Source: Dehalococcoidales bacterium (GTDB taxonomy: Bacteria > Chloroflexota > Dehalococcoidia > Dehalococcoidales > RBG-16-60-22). From it: DNA of 64,000 nt. The notes beneath the pieces were generated by a model. It saw nothing but the letters and a program-made list of their open reading frames with translations. It made no database searches and was not told where the DNA came from. Both the position numbers and the translations under genes were made by a program. Below are positions 48,151 to 56,907 of this stretch, piece after piece (within the stretch, counting starts at the first letter, position 1; every line of letters starts with the position of its first letter). The stretch is taken from contig DAOUER010000001.1 of the NCBI GenBank assembly GCA_034430375.1, forward strand, positions 5,760 through 69,759, written 5' to 3'.

Positions 48151-49998
48151 ATGGCTGAAATAACGTATCCGGCAGAATTAAAGGCTGACCATGATAAGCT
48201 CGGTGCGGTCTATTCCCTGATAGAGCAAATGCGCCTTGAGCATAACCGCCAGGGCGCCATTGCTCGCGGGGGCTGGGAGCAATACCGGGGCAAATGGCAG
48301 GAATACAAACGCAGGTATAAAGCTGCCCGGCTGGCGCTGCTGCAGGAGCAAAACCGACTACGCCTGGCACTTCGTCGTAATGCGTATAACGATACTGACT
48401 GGAGGGCACTGGAAGAAACTCAGCGGCGTGATGCATCCGATGGGCTGTTCGGGAATAAAGAGCAACTAAAGAAGATAGAGACAGACGCTACCTGTAGCGG
48501 CCTGGATGAATTGAAAACAGTCAATCTTGGCGGGATTGAGGGTAGTTATGCCGACCCGCTGGAGGATTACACAACCTACACTGAAGTTGACGCAGAAGGG
48601 GATTTAACAGTAGCGGAAAATACCATTACGGTCGCTTCGATGCGTCAGGGCGTCCTTTCTTATGTTGCTAAAGATAAAGGGGCCGGAGCGCTGGGGGATG
48701 TAGATCATCTGGTATCTTTCACTTTCGGTACCTACGATAATTATGCTTTTATCTGCTTCTGGGCGATTACCAACTCAAGCAGTTATTGTCACAAGGACAG
48801 AGACACCAATAATGTAGGTATAAGTGCCTTTGCCTTCAGGTACGACTCCGGTGGTGGTTACAGGATAGCCCTGAAAGACCATACCAATGATAGTGAAGAT
48901 TATTACGTTCGTGGGGCGAGTACAACAAGCTACATGGAAATCGAGAGAGCCGGAACGAGCGGGACTCTTGATATTTATACCGATGCGGAACGGACGAATC
49001 TTCTGGATACGTTAAGCATCACCTGCGGAGCGCAGACGTATCAGTATGTCATGGCCGGCACGGCGGGGCACACGACCTGGCAGCCGAACGTGGTTGCCAG
49101 CGGTACGATATTTGACCTGGATTTACAAGAAGCCAGCGGGGAGATAGAGAAGTTTTCTGCGGATAGCGCCGGCGGCCAGGATGCTGTGGCTGCGGGAAAT
49201 CCGGTTGTGAGTGCTGCGGGATCCGAAACCGGACAGGTAACCGATGCCAAAGCCGGTTATCCCGACGCGGTAATTGAAGTAGCGGAAACGGTTGCCGGTA
49301 CTGAAGTGTCTCATCTAACCTTAATAAAACATTCTGCCGACAGTGCCGGTGGGGATGATGCAAAGGCTGCTGGAAATCCTGCCGTGACAGCAATGGGTAC
49401 CGAAAACGCCCTGGGGACCGATGCTATAACTGGCTACCCCGAAGTGGAAGCAGGCGGCGTAGATTCTGGCGGCAGCGAGGAAGCAGCCTATCTCCAGAGC
49501 GCTCTAACTCCCTCTGGGGACATTGGCGCCGGAATTGAAACGAGCTACCGGGAAATAACGGGTATTGTCGCTAGATATGGTTCGGATAGCGGGGTCGGGA
49601 ACGAAATTATTGTGGATATTCTGGTCAGCTTAACGACTCCGGAAGTCGGTAGCGGAATGGATATCATCGGGGGCCGGGGACTGGCATCGTCCGAAGCTGG
49701 TTATGGCATTGAAACAGCGGAACCGGTACTGGTCTGGGTGATTATCGATGGCGGGTCCGGTACGGAAACGGCGGTTGTCATCCCGGTATTTGCATCGCAT
49801 GATACGGGACTCGGTGCTGACCTGAGTATATTATTTAAGGGTGCCTGCAGCGGTGACATTGCCCAAGGCGTCGATGCGTTGAAAGCACTGATAGGCGTGG
49901 TGGGAGTGAGTACGGATATGCGTTTGCCCGGTGGTTCGGGCAAGGTGAAAATGCCGTCCGAGAAGGCGAACATACCATCCAAGGGGGTAAATATATGA
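48151..49998 (+). CDS. repeat-containing virion protein (615 aa)
   Basis: Basic coiled-coil N-terminus, a central globular region, and a C-terminal half built of degenerate S-x-DS-x-GG / GxGxE units. A clear ~59-aa duplication is present (FSADSAGGQDAVAAGNPVV... / HSADSAGGDDAKAAGNPAV...). Confidence 0.55.
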   Translation: MAEITYPAELKADHDKLGAVYSLIEQMRLEHNRQGAIARGGWEQYRGKWQEYKRRYKAARLALLQEQNRLRLALRRNAYNDTDWRALEETQRRDASDGLFGNKEQLKKIETDATCSGLDELKTVNLGGIEGSYADPLEDYTTYTEVDAEGDLTVAENTITVASMRQGVLSYVAKDKGAGALGDVDHLVSFTFGTYDNYAFICFWAITNSSSYCHKDRDTNNVGISAFAFRYDSGGGYRIALKDHTNDSEDYYVRGASTTSYMEIERAGTSGTLDIYTDAERTNLLDTLSITCGAQTYQYVMAGTAGHTTWQPNVVASGTIFDLDLQEASGEIEKFSADSAGGQDAVAAGNPVVSAAGSETGQVTDAKAGYPDAVIEVAETVAGTEVSHLTLIKHSADSAGGDDAKAAGNPAVTAMGTENALGTDAITGYPEVEAGGVDSGGSEEAAYLQSALTPSGDIGAGIETSYREITGIVARYGSDSGVGNEIIVDILVSLTTPEVGSGMDIIGGRGLASSEAGYGIETAEPVLVWVIIDGGSGTETAVVIPVFASHDTGLGADLSILFKGACSGDIAQGVDALKALIGVVGVSTDMRLPGGSGKVKMPSEKANIPSKGVNI

Positions 49999-50591
49999 AT
50001 GTAACGGATATGATAAACCTGCTGAGAAAAGACCTGCATGATGAAGACAGCGGTAATTACCGGTGGACGGACAGCGAGTTGACGCGGCATATTAACCGGG
50101 CGGTAAAAGAGCTGTCGGAAAGTGTGCCGGGACCGGCCCGGGCTACCCTGGCGACTACCGCCGGGTCGCGGGAAATCGATGTGTCAGGACTGACCAATCG
50201 GATTATGATAGAAGCCGTGGAGTTCCCGGTAAATGCCTATCCGCCGTCCTACCAGAGATTTTCCATCTGGGGAGATATCCTGACGATTATCAGCGGCAGC
50301 GAACCCGACGGTTCCAACTGCTATATCTATTACGGCACTTTGCACACGCTGGACGCCGGAGGTTCCACCCTGCCGCCGAAACACGAAGACCTGGTGGCAA
50401 CCGGTGCCGCCGCTTATGCTGCCCTGGAATGGGCTGCTTACGCTATTAACAAGATAAACGTGGGCGGGGCGAATGTGTCCCGGGAGTACCGGCAATGGGG
50501 CAGTGAAAGACTGGCCGTATTTCAGGAAGCGCTGGGAAGGCTGGGCCGGCGGCAGAGAGTGAGGGTCCAGCGGCTTTTCGACGCTGATTAG
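49995..50591 (+). CDS. putative head-tail adaptor/connector (198 aa)
   Basis: The call is by position, with a 4-nt ATGA overlap on the upstream gene. The N-terminal LLRKDLHDEDS...WTDSEL resembles head-tail connector N-termini. This is a weak call. Confidence 0.35.
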   Translation: MNVTDMINLLRKDLHDEDSGNYRWTDSELTRHINRAVKELSESVPGPARATLATTAGSREIDVSGLTNRIMIEAVEFPVNAYPPSYQRFSIWGDILTIISGSEPDGSNCYIYYGTLHTLDAGGSTLPPKHEDLVATGAAAYAALEWAAYAINKINVGGANVSREYRQWGSERLAVFQEALGRLGRRQRVRVQRLFDAD

Positions 50592-50602
50592 CGGGGAGAA
50601 AG

Positions 50603-51565
50603 ATGAGAGAACTGACGACAACGTTACTGGCTGCCCAGAAACGGGCAACGGCGACTCCCTATGTGAAAGTAGTTGTGACCAACCGGGTTGCCGGGGCGGT
50701 CAGGTATAACTGGGGCCGACTCTATACGGGGAGTGAAGAGGACTATTTACACGGCATGACCTTGCCGGGTGATGGCTCTCTATTACGGGTGAGAATAACT
50801 CCGGCATCTGATTCGCAGAAACTGTACCGGCAGCGGGTAGCTAATCCCGGACCGGCCAGCGATTTCAGCCAGTGGACCTATACCGGGCAGTATAATGCCG
50901 TGGCCGTGGCGATAGCAGCACTGGCTGCAGAAGTCTCTATCTTCTGGATAAAGACCAACCGGGAAATCCGCCGTATCAAAAGCACCGATAACGGTATTAA
51001 CTGGGGCAGCCCCGAGCTCATTGACTATACGCCGACCACCAGTATCGGCGGTATGACGGCGGCCTATAAACCGAACGGCGACCTGGCGGTTTTCTACGCT
51101 GACCAGTCGACGCTGTATATCAAGGAAAATATCAACGGGCAATGGCAGGCGCCTTCGGGCTGGGACAAGAGCACCGGGGAGATATCCGGGGTAACCTGCG
51201 TATACGATGATGACTGGAACCTGATGGTGAACGGACAGGACAGCCCCGGTAATTATAAGCTGTGGAGCCTGGTGTACGGTGACGGCGGGGCGGTATCCGT
51301 AGGTTATTGGTCGGATCTGGTTGAGATAGCCTCGGCGCCGTCGGGCGGTGATTTCGAGTTCCGGCAGCCTTTCCTGGACAAAACGGATGTCTACCGGTGT
51401 TTCTTCATCGAGAAGTTCACCGGTACCGAAGCATATAGTCGGCCTTACCGGTCGCACACCGTGGCGGAATCGGAGTTTCCCGATAATTTGTGGTGCGAAC
51501 CGGTGCCTTTCAATTTATCATCCCAATACGGGCTGGCCATGGCTCATCACGGTGAATACGGGTAG
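50603..51565 (+). CDS. BNR/Asp-box-containing putative tail protein (320 aa)
   Basis: One clear Asp-box, STDNGINW. The alternating pattern looks beta-rich. It ends at TAG 51563-51565, in the same frame as the next ORF. Confidence 0.45.
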   Translation: MRELTTTLLAAQKRATATPYVKVVVTNRVAGAVRYNWGRLYTGSEEDYLHGMTLPGDGSLLRVRITPASDSQKLYRQRVANPGPASDFSQWTYTGQYNAVAVAIAALAAEVSIFWIKTNREIRRIKSTDNGINWGSPELIDYTPTTSIGGMTAAYKPNGDLAVFYADQSTLYIKENINGQWQAPSGWDKSTGEISGVTCVYDDDWNLMVNGQDSPGNYKLWSLVYGDGGAVSVGYWSDLVEIASAPSGGDFEFRQPFLDKTDVYRCFFIEKFTGTEAYSRPYRSHTVAESEFPDNLWCEPVPFNLSSQYGLAMAHHGEYG

Positions 51566-51631
51566 CTGTCCGCTCCGGCCGGTGTATGGCGGACAGAACT
51601 GGACCTTAAAAGCCTTGACCTGACCGCGGAT

Positions 51632-52606
51632 GTGCTTTCTGTAAAATGTGAGAATGCCCCGGCCGGCGGCCAGTTGATGGTAGAACTCCGGAATGACGAC
51701 GGGCGATACGCGTCCCTGGGCGATGGTAATTTGGGTATCCTCGATGTAGGTTGCCAGATAGAGGTTAGTCCGGGCTATGTCACCGCTGCCGGTAATGAAT
51801 TCAGCGGCGGTCAGACATTTCAACTGGATAGTTACGAACACACCAGTTCCGGTGGTAAAGCCAGTTTGGTACTCCGGGCCAGGGACGGCTGGCAAGCTGT
51901 GGAAGATTGGAAAGCCAGAAACCAGTTCCGGTGGAATAAAGGTTCCGATGATTGGAGTGTGAGGGAAATACTGGCTTTTATTCTTGCCCGGGCGGGATTG
52001 AAGCTGGAAATCATTTCTCAGTCGGAGATAATCGCTGGTTTTTATCCTGATATTACCCTTAACGCCGGCAACGATGGCCTGGGGGTTACACGAAAGCTGC
52101 TGGCTTATGTGCCCGATACCGTATTCATCGAAAGGAATAAGGCCTGCCTGGTGAATCCTCTCCCGTCCGATGCGGCCGTTTACAGCTATGGTAATGACCA
52201 CGTGATATTTGCCGGCAGATATCACCGCCGGGTACAGGAAATCAACAGCGTGCAGGTAGAGGGATATAACACCGGCAGCCAGGCAATGATTCTCGCCGGC
52301 AAGTTCGCCTGGGACCAGGTAGAGAAGCTGTACGAAAAGCCGGAACAGATAGAGGACAGAAATATCGTCTCCGTGGAAGAAGCCCAACAGTACGGTCAGG
52401 CGGTATTGCGTGACGCGGAGATAGCGGCAACGGATGGCTATATCCTCGTACCGGTGAACTGTGGACAGCAGCTCCTGGATGTTATTACGGTGACCGATGA
52501 ACGGGCCGGACTCGCCGCCCGGAAGAAACGGGTAACCGGGATAACGCTGGATTACCGTCTACAGCTGGGCGAATACACCCAACGCCTGCGGCTGGGATTC
52601 GTATAG
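51632..52606 (+). CDS. gpD-like (phage late control D / baseplate hub) protein
   Basis: DLTADVLSVKCENAPAGGQLMVELRNDDG, FQLDSYEHTSSGGKASLVLRARD, and WSVREILAFILARAGL parallel the P2 gpD blocks (DITSRISDRLISLTLTDN..., FTVDEVEHRG..., LGAIVKAIATRNRL). The domain appears to begin upstream of the first canonical start (GTG 51632), in the open frame that follows TAG 51563-51565. Confidence 0.6.
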   Translation: MLSVKCENAPAGGQLMVELRNDDGRYASLGDGNLGILDVGCQIEVSPGYVTAAGNEFSGGQTFQLDSYEHTSSGGKASLVLRARDGWQAVEDWKARNQFRWNKGSDDWSVREILAFILARAGLKLEIISQSEIIAGFYPDITLNAGNDGLGVTRKLLAYVPDTVFIERNKACLVNPLPSDAAVYSYGNDHVIFAGRYHRRVQEINSVQVEGYNTGSQAMILAGKFAWDQVEKLYEKPEQIEDRNIVSVEEAQQYGQAVLRDAEIAATDGYILVPVNCGQQLLDVITVTDERAGLAARKKRVTGITLDYRLQLGEYTQRLRLGFV

Positions 52607-52631
52607 GTAATATCATGGAGGAGCCAGTGAG

Positions 52632-52844
52632 ATGAGAATCAAAAAGGCGGAGTTAAAGAGCTTCAATTCCGGGAATTATACGGCGGTAGTGAGGCTTTCA
52701 GGTAGCTACAAGGTATACCTGGAGGATATCAGCGTGGCCAGGAATATACCTTCTTCGGAGATGATTACCGGCCGGAAAACAGCCGTACTATTCTTCGATG
52801 AATACCGGCCCAGAGATGCGGTGGTGATAGCCGTTTATTCCTGA
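52632..52844 (+). CDS. gpV-like OB-fold spike/baseplate protein (70 aa)
   Basis: The C-terminus GRKTAVLFFDEYRPRDAVVIAVY resembles the gpV/gp5-OB pattern G.qV.v.F..gd...avv.g.ly. Position after the hub gene. Confidence 0.4.
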   Translation: MRIKKAELKSFNSGNYTAVVRLSGSYKVYLEDISVARNIPSSEMITGRKTAVLFFDEYRPRDAVVIAVYS

Positions 52845-53749
52845 GTTTCCGATTCGTCGAGTTGGGCGTTAAGGTTCCGGATAGCTTTCAGAATTTCTTC
52901 CTCGGCGGCCAGTGCTTCGGCGGCCATGTTCTGGCGGATGCGGGTCTTTCCCTGTTTGGCGCGTATTTCATTAACGGTTTTCTGGACGTTAAGCAGGCTT
53001 TCCGAATCTATAACTATTTCCGGCGGCGGTTCGGGCGATTGATGATTAATAACGTCCGGTTTAACGATTACATGCTTCTCGATTTTTCTTCGCGGATTAC
53101 GGGCGCATCCCGGTGGAATAGGCTGTTTTTCAATTGTGGGAATATCCGGATGTACCAGCGGTTTGGGTTCTTCAGGCGGGAATCCGGATTTCTCGGTTTT
53201 AACCGGAGGGGGGTCAATCCGCCAATGGGCCGTCCGGGGGGTCTTTATCGGTTTATCCATATTTTCCATAAAATGCATCAGGACGCGGTTCTGGGCGGCA
53301 GCGCCCTTATGCAGTTCGTGTGAGGCCGCGTTCAATCCCTGGATAGCCCCGGTATGAGATGACAGGTGAAGGGCGTATTTCTCTATAGCCTGGGAGAAAT
53401 TGTTCAAAGCCTGTTCGGTATCAGCCATTTTCTGTTCGGCCATGGCCACTTTCCTGACCAATAACGGCCCCGTATATGATTTTTGGTAAACCGGCTTGTA
53501 GGCCATTTTTATATATATCATACGGATAATACGCTTTAATTCTTGACGGTAGAGGATGACTGCCAGTAGCCCGATAAATGACAACGCTAATATCTCGCTG
53601 AACCGGCTGTTAAAGAGAAACGATAGGGTGGATTCCAGCCCGGAAATGGACGCTAAGGAGAAAATTCCTCTGGCGAAGAGGAATCCGATGATACAAATCA
53701 ATATGGCGAATATGAGAAATATTAAGCGTTTCATAATGTTACTTGTCAA
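52835..53749 (-). CDS. membrane protein with Pro-rich C-terminal region (304 aa)
   Basis: Two or three N-terminal TM helices followed by helical and Pro-rich segments. It is convergent with, and overlaps by 10 nt, the last phage-like gene. Confidence 0.5.
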   Translation of the reverse strand: MTSNIMKRLIFLIFAILICIIGFLFARGIFSLASISGLESTLSFLFNSRFSEILALSFIGLLAVILYRQELKRIIRMIYIKMAYKPVYQKSYTGPLLVRKVAMAEQKMADTEQALNNFSQAIEKYALHLSSHTGAIQGLNAASHELHKGAAAQNRVLMHFMENMDKPIKTPRTAHWRIDPPPVKTEKSGFPPEEPKPLVHPDIPTIEKQPIPPGCARNPRRKIEKHVIVKPDVINHQSPEPPPEIVIDSESLLNVQKTVNEIRAKQGKTRIRQNMAAEALAAEEEILKAIRNLNAQLDESETQE

Positions 53750-53808
53750 CCGGATATTTGCCAGCTATCGGATTAAGAAGCGGCCCGATCCCCGCTTCAT
53801 AACCAGTG

Positions 53809-54597
53809 TTAGGTAAGTTCGCCGATAAGTGACTTCAGGCGCTCCATAAACGATTCTTTGAACTCGTTAAACTCCTCCCTGGTGATATAATCACCACCTG
53901 CCTCCTGGGTCCGGACGGCATTTCGGCTCATTAACGGCATGCTCCGCTGAGCGGTTTCGAATATCGTCATCGACTGGTCGTTGGCTACCAGTTTATTGAG
54001 AATAAGCCTTAGATTACGCCGGATGGTTTCTTCGTTGGTATCAAGTTCAACGGTTATTATTTCGAGCGTTTTACCGGCAGTGATATGGTTTAATAGTCCG
54101 CTTTCCTTGGGGCCCAGGCTGGCCAGGAAATTATCAAGGTCGGTGTTGAACGTGGCGGTGCTTTCGAATTCTGCCAGCACCATCGAAGCTATATCAGGTT
54201 GCAGTAAAGAATCGATTACCGGCTGGCTTCCCTGGGCTACAACCCGAATAATATCCAGCAAATAATCCGGGTCTGAGTTCTTGGTGAGACAGGCACTGGC
54301 GCCGCTTTTTATAGCCGAGAAAAGCTGGCTGTTATCCGCCCTTTCCATGATGAGTATTACCGCTACCGACGGCAGGCTGCGCTTGATACGACGGGTAATC
54401 TCGGGGCCGTCATATTTACCGTTATGCATGCTTAAAACAGCGATGTTGGGAGGATTGGCCATGATATGCATCAGGGCATCCTCGTTGCTGGTTGTTTCCC
54501 CGACAACCTCAAAATCGTCCTCACCGGAGAGGATAAAATGTATACCCTCTCGGAAGAGAACCTGTGGATCTGAAAGAAATACTTTCGCTTTATCCAT
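53809..54597 (-). CDS. atypical NarL/LuxR-type response regulator (degenerate receiver)
   Basis: Receiver-like N-domain with the conserved Lys (CLTKNS). The phospho-acceptor position reads IAVLSMHNG (Ser where Asp is expected), and the acidic pair reads SD. LuxR-type HTH ...ITAGKTLEIITVELDTNEETIRRNLRLILNKL, plus a ~50-aa C-terminal extension. Confidence 0.7.
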   Translation of the reverse strand: MDKAKVFLSDPQVLFREGIHFILSGEDDFEVVGETTSNEDALMHIMANPPNIAVLSMHNGKYDGPEITRRIKRSLPSVAVILIMERADNSQLFSAIKSGASACLTKNSDPDYLLDIIRVVAQGSQPVIDSLLQPDIASMVLAEFESTATFNTDLDNFLASLGPKESGLLNHITAGKTLEIITVELDTNEETIRRNLRLILNKLVANDQSMTIFETAQRSMPLMSRNAVRTQEAGGDYITREEFNEFKESFMERLKSLIGELT

Positions 54598-54821
54598 ATC
54601 CCCAATCTCCCGGCTAGAGTGATACTCTATCTTAACACTAACTGTACCAGAGATTCATAAAAATGGGTCTAACAAAGGTTAAAATTTCATAAAGATAACC
54701 TAAATTTTTAATAAAGAATGGTGGGATTAGTTAGAATGTAGAAAACCCCCGAAATGATAATTCGAATATGTAATGTAAATACCATATTTTATTAAGGTTT
54801 ATCGGCCGGGGGAAAGGCAGG

Positions 54822-55520
54822 TCAGGAACCGGTCGGACGGATGAATTTATAGCCGATACCGTGCTCGGTGACGATGATATTCGGCGATTCAATATTATCC
54901 TCCAGTTTCTGTCTCAGGTGCTGGATATGCACCCGCAGCAGGTCCCGGGCATCTACATAAGAATCCCCCCAGACCTTGGTGAGCAGGCTTTCGTGAGATA
55001 ATATCCGGCCTTCGTTTCTTATCAGGTGGTACAGCAGCTTCCTCTCCGTGGAAGTAAGTTTTATCAAGTTACCGTCCAGCATCACCTCGTTGCGGTTAAA
55101 GTCTACCGATAGTTTACCGCTGATGAAGGGTCGTTCTTCGTCGGATACGGGCAGCCCCTGGGCGCGGCGCAATACTGCCTGGACGCGGGCTATGAGCTCG
55201 ATATGACTGAAAGGCTTGGTAATATAGTCGTCGGCTCCCAGCTCCAGTCCCCGGGCAATGTCCGTATCTTCACCCCGGACGGTAAGCATCAGGACCGGTA
55301 CGTCGGAGAAACGGCGTATCTCCTTGAGAATCTGATAGCCATCGACGTCCGGCAAACCGATATCGAGGATAACGACATCGGGGCTTTCGGTCTCTACCAG
55401 TTCCAGGCCTTTATTCCCGTTATTGGCGGAAACAACCGTGGTACCGCTCCAGCGTAATTGAAAGCACAGTGAGACTACTTCGATTATTCCCGGGTCGTCT
55501 TCAATAACCAAAACCTTCAT
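54822..55520 (-). CDS. OmpR-family response regulator
   Basis: MKVLVIEDD...VVILDIGLPDVDG...TVRGE... receiver plus a winged-helix C-terminus (LTSTERKLLYHL...IVTEHGIGYKF). Confidence 0.93.
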   Translation of the reverse strand: MKVLVIEDDPGIIEVVSLCFQLRWSGTTVVSANNGNKGLELVETESPDVVILDIGLPDVDGYQILKEIRRFSDVPVLMLTVRGEDTDIARGLELGADDYITKPFSHIELIARVQAVLRRAQGLPVSDEERPFISGKLSVDFNRNEVMLDGNLIKLTSTERKLLYHLIRNEGRILSHESLLTKVWGDSYVDARDLLRVHIQHLRQKLEDNIESPNIIVTEHGIGYKFIRPTGS

Positions 55521-55528
55521 GCTACTCC

Positions 55529-56257
55529 TTAAATCTGCATGACCTGTTTTTTAGCCCGCAGGGGGATGGAGAAAGAAAAGTTACTGCCCCCACCGGGTTC
55601 GCTTTCTACCCAGATTCTGCCGCCGTGCAATTCTACTATCTGTTTGGCCAGGGCCAGCCCCAGGCCGAGGCCCGGGTGACTCTGGCGGTCGGCATTAAGG
55701 CGACTGTAAGGTTTGAATAATCTGGTCTGTTGTTCCTTGGCAATCCCGATGCCGGCATCTATTACTTCAACCAGTATCTCGGAGTCCTGACTCCGGGCTT
55801 TCAAGGTTATATCACAGCCTTCCGGCGAGAACTTGGTGGCATTATTGAGTAAATTCAAGACCACCTGCTCCAAGCGCTGACCGTCACCATGAACCAGCGG
55901 GAGTGATGGGGGTAAATCCATTCTAAGGTGCTGTCCTTTTTCCTGGATTATGGGGCTTATCTGCATTCCCGTGCCGCGGAGCAGTGACTTAATATCGACC
56001 GGCTCCAGTTGCAGCTCGATAGAACCGGTGCCTGTTTTGACAATATCCAGGAGATCGGCCAGTCTCGTTTCCAGAGTGCCGGCATTCTGGATAATCGTCT
56101 GGATGAGTCTCTGGTGTGATTTGTCGCCGGCATTTTGAAGTTCTTCTGCCAGCAGGCCGGCCGCGGCGATGATAGAAGTTAGCGGTGTTTTCAACTCGTG
56201 ACTGAGGGTATCGATAAATCTCAGCCATTCTTCTTCCTTGGTTTCCAAAGCGGACAT
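55529..56257 (-). CDS. histidine kinase consisting only of DHp + catalytic domains (no sensor, no TM)
   Basis: The H-box FIDTLSHELKTPLTSI starts at residue ~14. N, G1 (DAGIGI) and G2 (GLGLGLA) boxes are present. 242 aa in total. Confidence 0.88.
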   Translation of the reverse strand: MSALETKEEEWLRFIDTLSHELKTPLTSIIAAAGLLAEELQNAGDKSHQRLIQTIIQNAGTLETRLADLLDIVKTGTGSIELQLEPVDIKSLLRGTGMQISPIIQEKGQHLRMDLPPSLPLVHGDGQRLEQVVLNLLNNATKFSPEGCDITLKARSQDSEILVEVIDAGIGIAKEQQTRLFKPYSRLNADRQSHPGLGLGLALAKQIVELHGGRIWVESEPGGGSNFSFSIPLRAKKQVMQI

Positions 56258-56399
56258 TCGAATACTACCTTCTTCGGCGGGTGACGAATTTAGTTAAAAT
56301 GTAGCACTTTTCCAGTTCTACATCAAGTGGCAGAAGCAGGTACTAAACGTCGGTGAAGGACGCAGATAGGTTATAATCCGCTATCAGTCGTAACAGCGG

Positions 56400-56798
56400 T
56401 TAGCTATTTACTTCTTGAGTCATACCCCTGGCGATACTCTTGATCAGGCTGAGAATACCGATGACGGCGCGTTGTACTTCAACCGGTTCTTCAGCCAGCA
56501 TCTTGGCAACGTAGGGGTCCAATTGTCGGCCGGTATACCTCGAACTGCTATCCTCGGCTACTCCGGAACTCTGCGGCGATAGGAAGCCAGCCAGGGTGAA
56601 CAGTTCGTCCTCGTTAAAACCCAGGGGTTTCGCTATTTTCCGCAGGATACGTGCTGAAGGGAAACGTTCGCCTCTTTCAATTCGTCCCAGATGGGATGAA
56701 GATACCCCGGAGGCTTTGGCAAGTTCCTGCAGTGTCAGGGGAACTGTTATCCGCTGTTGCTTGAGGATACGGCCAAGGTCGTTATTACCATAATCCAT
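56400..56798 (-). CDS. XRE-family HTH transcriptional regulator
   Basis: LGRILKQQRITVPLTLQELAKASGVSSSHLGRIERGERFPS is a Cro/C1-type HTH. ATG 56798 (MDYGNN...) is preferred over the track TTG 56819, which lies inside the promoter. Confidence 0.85.
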   Translation of the reverse strand: MDYGNNDLGRILKQQRITVPLTLQELAKASGVSSSHLGRIERGERFPSARILRKIAKPLGFNEDELFTLAGFLSPQSSGVAEDSSSRYTGRQLDPYVAKMLAEEPVEVQRAVIGILSLIKSIARGMTQEVNS

Positions 56799-56804
56799 GT
56801 AAAT

Positions 56805-56833
56805 ATTATAATTTGCCAAATGGCAAATGTCAA
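56805..56833 (-). promoter_or_regulatory. consensus promoter with a palindromic operator; leaderless XRE transcript
   Basis: On the minus strand: TTGACA (56833-56828), a 17-nt spacer, then TATAAT (56810-56805), then 6 nt, then ATG (56798). The spacer is essentially the perfect palindrome ATTTGCCA-nn-TGGCAAAT (56811-56828). Confidence 0.7.
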
Positions 56834-56907
56834 CACTTTTTAGTGTCCATATTTAACGATTTTATGTATGTTTACACAATATTAATATTAGTTTATATAT
56901 CCGTTTC

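Larger units (their letters stand above)
35590..52844. mobile_element. phage-derived packaging/capsid/hub gene cluster (cryptic prophage or domesticated element), split by a ~6.8-kb cargo block
   Basis: Holds terminase, portal, scaffold, HK97-like capsid, adaptor, gpD-like hub and gpV-like spike ORFs (see individual entries). Housekeeping genes flank both sides. I see no integrase, att repeats or tRNA. The boundaries are approximate. Confidence 0.7.

Noticed and set aside
35521-53800. A search for a tRNA gene, integrase or direct att repeats bounding the phage-like cluster.
   Set aside because: I found no tRNA-like sequence, no recombinase-like ORF and no convincing flanking direct repeat by eye. 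A computational repeat search is needed before this can be excluded.
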